Assembly (NCBI GenBank): GCA_040182905.1 | Contig: JARQWU010000013.1 | Span: 1 to 38,798, forward strand | Length of the DNA stretch: 38,798 nt | From: Barthelona sp. PAP020 | Taxonomy: Eukaryota | Direction: 5' to 3' | Shown here: positions 12,501-18,577 of the stretch, piece by piece | How positions within the stretch are numbered: the stretch's first letter is position 1 | How the letters are laid out: the number at the start of each line of letters is the position of its first letter | The notes under the pieces: model-generated | What the model was told of the DNA's origin: nothing | Seen by the model: only the letters and a program-made list of their open reading frames with translations | Databases searched by the model: none | Made by a program: the position numbers and the translations under genes

Positions 12501-15500
12501 AAAATTAGAATATGATCGAATCTATTTTAGTGCAACTGATCAATTGAAAATCAATTCTGCATCAAAAAGAGCTTTAACTAAAGGATTACATCCTATTGCA
12601 ATAGCAGCAGTTAGTGCTTTACAAATGACTATTATTCCTTTATCAAATCGAAATTTGAGAAAAAATGTCTTAGATTTTGCCATTGGAGATTTAAAGAATC
12701 GTTGGATGATTCCTGATAATAAACAATTTGATATAGAATACATTTCAAATGTGATTAGTGAATTTTTAGATAATAATGATGAAATATTTAAAGAAATTGA
12801 AATGTTAAAAATTGATAATTTCAAAAAGTTTTCAAATGTTCAAAAAGTTTCAAATATTCATGAACTTATTTTTAAAGATGTTAATGAAGGGAAAAAAGTT
12901 CACAGATTAAGTCTGAGTTTAAGCAGTGAATTAGATGTAGGATCTTCAACTTTTAGCATTTCAGAGAAATCTATCTTGATTGAAAGTATTTTAAATGCTT
13001 TACAAAAACAATTGAGCAAAAATTTTGGATCTAATTCGCCATTATCTTCAAATATACAAGTTGACTTTGCTAAAGCTAAATCTCAAGCAAATTCACCAAA
13101 TTCTTCTGATAATGAAAGTGTAGATTTCATTCAAATTGCTCATTCAGAAGATCTAAATATTTTCGGTCTTCCAGCGAATGAGTTTATAATTGATGTAACA
13201 AAGGATGTTAGACCAATAGAAAATGACCTTGATTTCAATTTTGATGAAGATTATGACAATCTAGATGATTATACTGATGAACAAATGTCTTTTGATAAAC
13301 AAAAAGAAGAAAGAGAAGAGAATGATGATATCGATATAATATATGGAAACTCTTTTGAATATCAAGAAACCATTGTAAGAATCATCATTGGAGATGAATT
13401 TGAGAGTGTTGTGGATAAAATTGATGTGGAGGACATGGTAGAATTGGATTTGTCTGATGATGAAGAAACTGCAAATGGATTGATGGATTTTATTAGACCA
13501 AGCGATTTGTACATGAATTCAGACAGTGAAGAGAGTGATAATGAATACAGGAAAGAAAGTGAAAGTGATGAGTTTTCCAGTCATTCAAATGATCTGGGAT
13601 ACAACTTTAATCATGAATTCAGTTTGACCAATGAATATGATCATAGTAATGATGATGATGAAGAAGAGGAAGAAGAAGAAGAAGACGATTTTGAAATATA
13701 TGAAGAAGATAACATGGATAAAAAACATTTTGAAAGCTTTAACATTGATTTGAGTACCATTAAGATTGAAAAAGAAAATAGGAAACAGATTGAATATGAT
13801 GAAGAAATTTTCAATGAAATACAGAGTGAAAGCGAGAATGAAAGTGAAAGTGTTTGGGAGAGTAAAGATTTTGCTTTGAAAAGTGAATACAAGATAAACG
13901 ATGAAGAATATCTTGATACTGAAAGCATTACAAATAAAATATTATCACGTGACAATAGTTTTGTTGAAAAGAGTAAGAATCTGTTGTATGAGGAACGAAA
14001 ATTCCTGTTTAAAAATATTGGTTTAGAGTTTTGTGAGGAATTTGCTGAAAGTATCAAATATATCGATAGTTTTGAGCAATCGATGAATAGGTTATCTGAA
14101 ATTGACTTTAAAGTTCAAAAAACCAATGAAATTTGTCTAATGAATTCAAAGTTAATTAACAGAACTCAACATATGTTCAGCAAAAATAGCAGTCGTTTAT
14201 TTTTCATCAATGATCCACATGAAATTTTTGAACGTATCTTAAAATCAAAATATTCTAGTGATAGAGTTAGAGTTTTATCGTTATATTCAAAGGATTTTAA
14301 GCAAAAATTCATTAATTACGTTGAAAAGGGTAAATTGATTGTGTTAAGGGATGTTAATTTCAAATTACATGAAAATAATTTGGTCACAAGTGTGATGGAA
14401 GGTATTGAAAATCGTTTGATTTCAATCAAATGTAATTCAATTCAACAAAAGCACATCAGTTTATCAGAAAATACAGAATTATTCTTGTGCTTTTATGAAA
14501 GTGTTTTTAACCATCCAAATTTTTATAAATGTTTCTATGGACATCGAAAATGGATTGATTTGGATCTTGGAAATGAAGAATTGTATAGGTTATATTTCAT
14601 TTTATTGTTAGAAAAATTGTCACCATATTATTTAGATTTATTGGTCAAAATTCATGAAATTAACATGTATTTGCGTAAAAAAGTATTATTAACTGAAAAG
14701 AAATTTGTAAAAGTATTTGATGGAGTGAAAGAAATTTCAATTGATAAGTTTAAAAGAGTTAATTCAACGGTTGATGATTTATTTCGTGAGAGAAGACACC
14801 TATTCACTTTATTGAAAGATACGCATGTCATAAATCAGTATGTTGCCAAATTAGTTTCCTCCAGTAAAAATTTAGCATATTGCACCTCTACAATCGTCAG
14901 TGCTTGTTCACAATATGCTTATTCAACTGGATCTTTCCAAGTAATGATTCCTAATCAGACAATCATTGCGTTCATTCTCAAATATTTAAGTGAACATCAT
15001 GAAAACATTCAAAACATTCAAAACTTAAAACCAAGCAATGATGAATATGGAAAATTCCTCAAAGCCATTTTGCCAGTTGTTTTATCTGGTATTTCTTCAT
15101 TTGGTGCTAAGCATTTGATTATTGGAATCTTATTAACAATCAAACTCAAAATTATTGACCATGAATTTATTGATGCAATATTGGAGATGTTAGATAACAA
15201 AACTAGATCTGTTGATGAAATATTACAAATGTTTCCAATGAAAACTTTGAGATTTTTCAAAAAGAAATTGCTTGAAAAGAACGATCTGTTCAATGAAATT
15301 ATTAAAATGGCTGAACCAGAGAAGAAAGTTGAATATTTTAATTGTGATCATCCCTACATGTTTTTACTGCTATGTTCATGGAGGACCAAAAGAATACCTC
15401 AAATTTTGAATGAGTTTGTAAGGAATATGTTAAATGTTGATGAGGTTTTGGTGACAAAAAATTCATTTTCTCCAGAAAACATTGAAAACGTGTTTAATTA

Positions 15501-17376
15501 TCATAATTTCTTCATGAATGAATTTGATGAGAATCAAATTATCTTGTTACCAAAAGATTTAATTTCAGAAGATGTTTTGGATTCAGATTCGAACATTCAG
15601 CGATTGTTCTCAAAATTCAACATTCAAAAAGTTGACAAAAACATTCAAAACATTCAAAATATTCAAAGTAACGTGATTATTATGTTTGCTGACTTGAATG
15701 AAGAATTTGTTATCAAGTGCAGAAATGAATTGGATGGTAAGTTTTGTGTATTTGCTGTTAGTAGCAGCTCAAATATCAATACTTTTGGTAATTATATCCT
15801 GAAACGTTCTGTGAACTTACCAATCTCCAACTACAAGCTAACTGGTTGGGCTTTTACCATTCCATATGCTCTACAATCAAGAACTTTGACATACTTTCAT
15901 TTAATCAATTCATTTGATCAAAATTTAGGCATTCAAAGGTTTATTGGTTTAGCAATCTTGTTTGGATGTATTCAGTTGTTAAATGTTGGTTTCAATACTC
16001 AAACCTTTTCAATTGGGTTGATTAAACTTTTGCTGATGTACACCGTTGAATCAATAACAAACAACATTGAAGATGATGAATACATATCTGAATTAGAAGA
16101 TTTCATTGATTCCATCATTCCTTCTGTCTCGTTAAAACCACTTTACAGTAGATATATTCAAAAATGCTTCAAACCCTCAAATGGATATTATTTTGAGACA
16201 GAAATTCTTAAAATACCAGATGAAACAATCAAACTTAGACATTTGAAAGATTGGATTTTTGAAAATTCAGAAAATTTGAACAAGTTTTTTAAAAGCTTGT
16301 ACGACTCTTTATTAGCGAAAACAAATTCATTTTTATATGACCAAACTTTTTATTCAATATTGAGCTTTGTAAACAATAAGAGAGATTTAGACTTCAAAGA
16401 TGCTACCATTGTTTCAACTTTACAAACGATGAATGACAACATTCAAAGCATCTCTTTACATATCACTTCTTCTTTAGAATATCAATTTGATGATTTTATT
16501 TCAACAATTATTGTATCCTTCATCAAAGAAGAGTTGAAAAATTACCAAAATATCCAAAAGTATCTCAACACTTTATTTAAGACTGGTATGAACATGTTTA
16601 ATTCGATTGATCAATTAAATGACTTTGTTAAGAATGGTGATGTTTTAACTCCTGCTTTGATCAATCTCTTTAGGACCTTTACAGTTGATTTGTATGAAAA
16701 TGAAGCGGAAACAACGTTATTTACTACATTGGGGTTCAATTTGAAGTTATCTGATCTGTTATCTCAATTTGAAGACCAATTATATCGGTGGGAAGAATTT
16801 TTCAATGAACTGTTGGATGGCACAAAAGATCCAATGGCTACATCCAACCCCAAAAATTTTATCAAGAAATTTAGAAATATTAGATGGAACTTTTCGACAA
16901 TTATTGAACGTTTCCATTTGTTAAAAACTCTGAGAATTTTAGGTAGATCATTATTTGATATGTTAGATGATGAAACCTATTCAGATGAAGATTTCATATT
17001 GGTAGCATCAACAAGCATCAATGCTAGTATGGATTTAAAGGATTTCGAAGCATTGAATATTGATGTTTCTCCAACTTTAGCAGTTTTTGAAAAATGTGAA
17101 TTGGGTGGATTTTCTGAAGTTTTAGAAACTATTGAAAAGGTTTCATATTTGAAAACTTGTGTAAATGGCAATATCCCTTTGAAGGATTTAATTATAAGAT
17201 GTATTCAAGTTAAAGATTTGGAAAAATTAGACCATTACATTTATTGCAATTTAAAAGAACAATTGTTATATGATGATAAGAACAATAACCCAATTATTTT
17301 GTTAAATTATGATGTATTTGATAAAGATCAATTAGATGATACACTTCCTTGTCTTTTAGATAGTTTCAATTTTTAA
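514..17376 (+). CDS. Highly divergent dynein heavy chain-like protein (5620 aa), probably motor-inactive
   Basis: Dynein landmarks occur in the correct order: IPRLLMLSN (~6307; canonical FPRFYFLSN); TKTHFAKFDLITNAFNSNLG (~7483; TPLTDRCYRTLTQALHLNLG); HFLIIGPSLCAKQ (~10546; AAA4 P-loop site); RIHIVIDVMP (~10999; NLHIVLCMSP); KPKLFERYI..RLSKLKNSLKLFE (stalk entry); DIEYLRQLQKPKDNV (~11773; MTBD); FFINDPHE..DFKQKFINYVEKGKLIVLRDV (~14200; AAA5 PLxIDPQ..G..VLLENV). No GxxxxGKT/S motif seen. Confidence 0.8.
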   Translation: MQNQTNLTNLTFKSFISLSFGKKNTKKFFDTKWTFDIIQSFLTNDSYSQIYLFMDENSNPCIATDFISTMNKNHDKILYIIKTEFLQNDDPNYNTFIIGNLDSDSSLSINTFLYSILVPIVENIVINFTNMYPDTDFMSTRSAGFNVVTANFFNRIFSLKQDELLLPVEKKFDFINASQTEEDLTLLDESFECFQQNFKDFLKVEHKFSSISGEFDFCHQKKKVLESFITFYTREDLAEFWEVLQSYRHEIYSVFRKLRSLIEQELVHINHCLGLLKPLKRCLDDIEKYDASFNIEKRSIMLIKTAFLFAKNQNYYVPNKMKFRLFLKILVKEIVLRLKKVIFRSFEDPVKLLNMKVLKNYVIFEQNFFITVIEHLEGLVQTGLKWLRNLKQMIVQESTVTFLDKSGMAIIDEFQEQLLITDEICLNCKFITFLPDHLFPMNIRVNKRINLLKQQVEIIYLRFLIELCQGYHDVDIVFHNSVYYAYYNRRNYDDLVFDQVFIPTKIQNLYSKYREYIRASDKQIAESLDDGFLKEEKNFLFLMNVGISLYLEINNTSLAEIQNVILKFIIKGLGELSKFIEKNASQTLTLTRNCLEEIVNECYDLETPVKHLQIFFENFSNFHHQFFSIILTNLRNQRILYDDFLSKLEEFSSSINSIIEFEYEFGVIDQTLNFDLLTFEKYPIFMKRLKTFIKKTLKSIEEMEKQFQSLFLTYYELTKNKFYASRSNCIGDLFEDNSRNSLIFKYLISINDLKALVRSKFLAVKNLDDYASLIEFQKLHCFCVFIQSNHVNIVKVLPNVIVELISHEITPLIKIENDIYSTTWLDVNRIQEIYEQYHTILIEVKHICTALFDVYDYILHSFENVDFFFLNVSNVSNVSELRQLSIFEFNDYSMRKIDLLNHEIKHFKEIFVKKLKLCFKLLHCSRGDPVFINFILFLQNLVINNINEMLCSQFSEFNEILRKKNIIQGNIEFIGDNLEINPDPFEKLRDLISNLRFGNVYEMLNKQWLSSNTNIISVGSKKLLFAEIFSYVRLVLLSVNSVCDVFSNVVVDPKILTKESITDRNVKKSVVNKDVENMVVSDVENKEQQPEQEQEKEKDQQINEQSEKDQDILTPTTLSRAQSIEYPVKKEQEEIIKANKEDDAEKEEIHDEKSFDLYFDSVFAEQAKEHFENQLPVERELLKFVNIIKDVDEGLCELHERLVTRVKKSQVQKIDTFEIRTFLYDDKILNDWGYNLITKKQLEIDFRYIDSLINRALKLKKSVNNIPAHRDCGFIRFDLTQFKSSVVGKFFRNESHIVKRIYDYITENLSFLINFQNVLFKQFDITLFAPEKALSENESDGLMSQSSSSQESYFSLKTSETKEEIDGDRKIELKTVENDGEKTDEGEFSCFDDFFESPYYDVFRTIYVFKKTHKYVMFEVKLFDDLCKRLIDLNDFHDNIGFDLRKKFENILNNISILKVKKTEITNYLSSKLKIAVDLLLKEFDVNNDSFKNFEKKYHREVDYISVDYIILYDSEGGKQYISKLFGTLEKFEGQISSILSHREILTVNAEILGVNANLKYEKSSLMKCLKSFECFVNSMKQIYDIHEAFKKVSWKDYAGLPIIKTLNKAKDELNEDDLIKLGNKLDIDIRSHQVLINISLIGCEESHIIDVIKQHENVDIQSFFQLFPSILTSDILLKNIEEMYIAEKLRSHSSKLIQKMSNQYHLKTCDSFQFSLFLKNNSVLFNSVKKDFMKNEQKRLANKEILHVGQFKQQIEINSLKELSIMNPKVAYHKGFTGHVINMLSDSHSIFERTDIHLEIPIVQTIQKDIENLLKISLKGHRNITEQLNFWLKQLKNLELFFEKAFFVINSFETVLVILSKVEDTENIIKEEHEQLLADSLTRYEQLLVPIYYVGLLKCYDYINDLTEFMLMIEPLFQLIEQLRYQQINKIPRLLMLSNSQYCYSIVNIHHTLVHSKYYVFHSKPIILSLFPMFSDVLIKDFKITGFVNTNVYGIEENFSISANEDLSSINDSFTMQLTQRSFGSTVSLGGTSSTASYQTYFNTSSSTNFEVISLLEPILLTEIGTLDDLVLSIQNGLINTQTSLMRQMKNIIDNFVHQLEVNIMIEELLKLPLSYGRILLCTILNKIEYNIPNNMGDRLLFSIYVELRTNLLESSYYRNLHVRNLFQVLYPSLARIFSRVTHFIQLSHTDNELSTVSSMNFLDFDYQFEEDSTSINTPNLDTSGIIGIGEENNYLNDFGIDNNFAMNNNSFATSISESFWNNFSTTFEGDEELINNAANEFIYVQPTSYIDFNENSYYLNGRKVSENVKDFVFISKYITVVTKTHFAKFDLITNAFNSNLGVVLRSIHESCLNEFIDVFTQYYLAETLEYDVNSLISRAIPFGCTTHSDKFQFNLFKYLQGLIHFLKTVNGVIILKNIELFSEKEILFFMDELVRSRIKFIVCCNTEYEIMLQNTITIKLNTSEMNSYHTIAPILNFETLESNLVISKSFEIFEILREIIAYYQCFGIKLLLNQEDFRFIASSTFKLVNFFQRQRISAINRTKLEIHCFAYLFIKFVKDTVNLNDNLCKELIERISSHFRLNLMMFDIETPIGFDFFSGRTLLNESLAKKLKYFKYGHNEPLKQLILALSKSTTYNSVHFTGNFSRIYGFEFLQIYESFVKFFYRSVSSNIIYISYPMNFEICFDSNVLLSYSIASLQSLLIDKLTSFKNNSQQESRSRVSVSKIVEDVFIIIVLKTDDSLSKEMFRILKVFEKKCNVIISNLLMTMNFPESFKFFTIIKTISIENPLKLANSTIIANDLSTKAIIEGYGYQIACNTFYEYDENFNDPLLLDFIDNNPFSIDISKELLRYLISLVFKSRNEHSHFYRDIILLPFFNKTILNTFFHIIDVLIAYEYNQISIIMYALTYLLMIGVKPNYLLYSDVSKELFENFEKHFNFSIDEDQSIQYLIPSFEEPKLLNVSKTEEYVMFIRKVFPVASTYNLIYLQRTLMNVESEQKDGYCKGGLIITPSTTVFDIINAIFYFLTKDNMPKIPMFTEYKISSEQHDMKGKKFKFIFENVNYASKDVFMLISLLICYKRVYLLSSRTIYDFSDINISFIGIMDDYINKEIEHLYFCNFSNCLLPFIFQQEYLLKNNQDMTMQRVEQFLALLFDYLINTNNNVIIKGEDHSSLDMINNNYCFHQIDLLLLTIQKYYDENISIEEFLPFVVWITTNFWLKRNDKQLFSVLSVELQCLNRIFNTKELKYVPKDLNQILYIPKQFLEILKGIFEDNRFNQKQQITIGNEFIRIFDLENFNLAAIEFFNHFIASFNIDKYSQTNITLLTIEQTKKIFFDYFLLDSSLNHFLIIGPSLCAKQKHFLFLQLIGKVCKNKFIHLKFLDLNEIIRFRNDYQNDENQQNQPENIFNLNESLKENHHTILFINSVQYKEIVKKHNGFSAAIDSLLFNYDFSVIEPSLLLYYAKYIVSMNNMNNNNVSINAMDVNLTKEEINNFFQRIHIVIDVMPYHYHEYQTNVFNLMKCINVNVQALASLEGFATYVLECLDRLLYIRINQGFNNPLTHDVERDNIAYHLAKTFEYFINSIENTIPANIPDEPTIFTFYNLKQQINIESWMVIKPKLFERYITFFVEYLSQAKEVYFARLSKLKNSLKLFEIIEKELIKHNNSIRIYDNQLKIQETKINDKIHVLGNHQARLKIVDKNLEQINLEIFQFKIQLKNLSDIVDNIQKDVFILQKFKTNLLKLLTNIDKNFDFNDIEYLRQLQKPKDNVLEIIAFFVALTNIQVISSSGSGTGTGTGTGSGSGTGSNSSSRTVSGTDSSSSSSSGTNTTPNTTSLNMSDKGILLTLFKRFRSLLTDIRIFEARLRGFALETINKDLVIVIKNRLPMIQLDDDELPFIKAIYDLLQTIAQLIDETQKLESKKSEYNLLSNSFDQVVVRLHSNENEYDSLIRQLSKNSNELEKEMLVKHDLITKHQNCYSTIEIFKTFLETCISVKENLKLEYDRIYFSATDQLKINSASKRALTKGLHPIAIAAVSALQMTIIPLSNRNLRKNVLDFAIGDLKNRWMIPDNKQFDIEYISNVISEFLDNNDEIFKEIEMLKIDNFKKFSNVQKVSNIHELIFKDVNEGKKVHRLSLSLSSELDVGSSTFSISEKSILIESILNALQKQLSKNFGSNSPLSSNIQVDFAKAKSQANSPNSSDNESVDFIQIAHSEDLNIFGLPANEFIIDVTKDVRPIENDLDFNFDEDYDNLDDYTDEQMSFDKQKEEREENDDIDIIYGNSFEYQETIVRIIIGDEFESVVDKIDVEDMVELDLSDDEETANGLMDFIRPSDLYMNSDSEESDNEYRKESESDEFSSHSNDLGYNFNHEFSLTNEYDHSNDDDEEEEEEEEDDFEIYEEDNMDKKHFESFNIDLSTIKIEKENRKQIEYDEEIFNEIQSESENESESVWESKDFALKSEYKINDEEYLDTESITNKILSRDNSFVEKSKNLLYEERKFLFKNIGLEFCEEFAESIKYIDSFEQSMNRLSEIDFKVQKTNEICLMNSKLINRTQHMFSKNSSRLFFINDPHEIFERILKSKYSSDRVRVLSLYSKDFKQKFINYVEKGKLIVLRDVNFKLHENNLVTSVMEGIENRLISIKCNSIQQKHISLSENTELFLCFYESVFNHPNFYKCFYGHRKWIDLDLGNEELYRLYFILLLEKLSPYYLDLLVKIHEINMYLRKKVLLTEKKFVKVFDGVKEISIDKFKRVNSTVDDLFRERRHLFTLLKDTHVINQYVAKLVSSSKNLAYCTSTIVSACSQYAYSTGSFQVMIPNQTIIAFILKYLSEHHENIQNIQNLKPSNDEYGKFLKAILPVVLSGISSFGAKHLIIGILLTIKLKIIDHEFIDAILEMLDNKTRSVDEILQMFPMKTLRFFKKKLLEKNDLFNEIIKMAEPEKKVEYFNCDHPYMFLLLCSWRTKRIPQILNEFVRNMLNVDEVLVTKNSFSPENIENVFNYHNFFMNEFDENQIILLPKDLISEDVLDSDSNIQRLFSKFNIQKVDKNIQNIQNIQSNVIIMFADLNEEFVIKCRNELDGKFCVFAVSSSSNINTFGNYILKRSVNLPISNYKLTGWAFTIPYALQSRTLTYFHLINSFDQNLGIQRFIGLAILFGCIQLLNVGFNTQTFSIGLIKLLLMYTVESITNNIEDDEYISELEDFIDSIIPSVSLKPLYSRYIQKCFKPSNGYYFETEILKIPDETIKLRHLKDWIFENSENLNKFFKSLYDSLLAKTNSFLYDQTFYSILSFVNNKRDLDFKDATIVSTLQTMNDNIQSISLHITSSLEYQFDDFISTIIVSFIKEELKNYQNIQKYLNTLFKTGMNMFNSIDQLNDFVKNGDVLTPALINLFRTFTVDLYENEAETTLFTTLGFNLKLSDLLSQFEDQLYRWEEFFNELLDGTKDPMATSNPKNFIKKFRNIRWNFSTIIERFHLLKTLRILGRSLFDMLDDETYSDEDFILVASTSINASMDLKDFEALNIDVSPTLAVFEKCELGGFSEVLETIEKVSYLKTCVNGNIPLKDLIIRCIQVKDLEKLDHYIYCNLKEQLLYDDKNNNPIILLNYDVFDKDQLDDTLPCLLDSFNF
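11866..11988 (+). repeat. GGTACT/GGTAGT/AGT microsatellite encoding a Ser-Gly-Thr tract inside the dynein-like MTBD
   Basis: Tandem 6-bp and 3-bp units, translated SSSGSGTGTGTGTGSGSGTGSNSSSRTVSGTDSSSSSSSGT. Confidence 0.9.
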
Positions 17377-17398
17377 TTCGAAGTATTTTAAACTATTG

Positions 17399-17425
17399 AA
17401 GGGGAATAACCCCTTTTCTTTTTTT
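17399..17425 (+). other. GC-rich hairpin followed by a T tract just downstream of the dynein-like stop
   Basis: AAGGGG-AATAA-CCCCTT followed by TTCTTTTTTT. Function not established. Confidence 0.35.
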
Positions 17426-17850
17426 ATTATAAACCTAAACCAGTATCTTTTTTTTTTATTGTGGATTCTTTGAATTATTTTGATCAGTTTATACAGTGAT
17501 TTAAGTTCTTTAATAAATTCTTGTCTTTTAATAAATTGAAAATGCTCACAGTTGCTGCAAAAGAACAAACACTTGCAATTTTTTAACTTTAAAAATTCGA
17601 TCAATCAGTTAATTGTTGTTTATAATACACATTCTATTTATTCATCAGGAAATATTTGCATCAATCAAATAGACATGTTCAAAGAAACAAAAAAGTGAAA
17701 AACATGCGGAAATCTTTTTCAAATTCTCTAAAAATAGAAAAAATAAAGCTTAATTTGATATTTTAAACAATTTAATGTAAAAAACAAGAAAAATTAGAAA
17801 GAACAAGGATTGGTATTCATTTTTTTTTATCAATCATTTTATAGAAGAGA

Positions 17851-18342
17851 ATGGTGAATCCAAGAGCAATGTCTTCAGATCCTTTGGGTTCAGTAACAAA
17901 ACTAAAAGTTGGAAAGACTAGTGTTTTATTTAGGAACAAATTAACTTTAAAAGAAAATTATGCCAAGATGGGATTACAATTGAGACAAAAAGGTATTACT
18001 GTTCCAAAAGTTTATCAAAAATCAAAAAGTCCCATTAGAATTGATGATATGACCAATATAACCAATATTGAAAAAGATCAGATTGAAGAGGATGTATTAC
18101 AATATGAAGAAATAAAAAAATCAGTCCTTAAAAAACCAAATATTAGTCCAAACCAAAGAAAAATGATTGATGATATTGTTAAAAAATATAAATCAGATAC
18201 CAATGATGAAATTGATTGGAAATCAGCTTCCAGAGATTTATCATTAAACCCTTATCAACATACAGTTTCCCAATTGAAAAAATTGATTAAAAAAAATGAA
18301 GATTGGCATTTATTCTTCAAATTGAAAGAAGGAAACAAATGA
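17851..18342 (+). CDS. NOP16: Nucleolar protein 16 (60S ribosome biogenesis)
   Basis: KLTLKENYAKMGL and ISPNQRKMIDDIVKKY..DWKSASRDLSLNPYQHTVSQLKKLI match the two conserved Nop16 blocks (TLxQNYxxLGL; DYxxMARDxKLNxxQxTxxQL). Confidence 0.85.
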   Translation: MVNPRAMSSDPLGSVTKLKVGKTSVLFRNKLTLKENYAKMGLQLRQKGITVPKVYQKSKSPIRIDDMTNITNIEKDQIEEDVLQYEEIKKSVLKKPNISPNQRKMIDDIVKKYKSDTNDEIDWKSASRDLSLNPYQHTVSQLKKLIKKNEDWHLFFKLKEGNK

Positions 18343-18577
18343 AATCGCATCGGTTAAGTCTATAAATTTAATTCCTTTATATAAACAATTTTTTTTTGAC
18401 ACCTTTTTTTTTCCTATTTATGATTCTCATTCAAAACCTTTCCTTTTTGAAACAAATATGATACAAAAAAAAACTTATCTGACACGTTCAAAGAATTAAC
18501 AAGAAATCAAAGATAAAATTCCTTCCATTTCCTTTCAAAAAAATTCAAAGTGAAGAAGGAAATTCTTTTTGCTTTTT

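Noticed and set aside
852..17171. Many 60-140 aa antisense or alternate-frame ORFs inside the giant gene
   Set aside because: Shadow ORFs of an AT-rich coding strand with no recognisable motifs. The poly-Leu and poly-Ser ones simply mirror the repeats.
17430..17441. TAAACC x2, telomere-like
   Set aside because: Only two copies, which is expected by chance.
17356..17604. 82-aa minus-strand ORF
   Set aside because: Non-ATG start, crosses homopolymer tracts, overlaps the dynein-like stop, and has no motifs.
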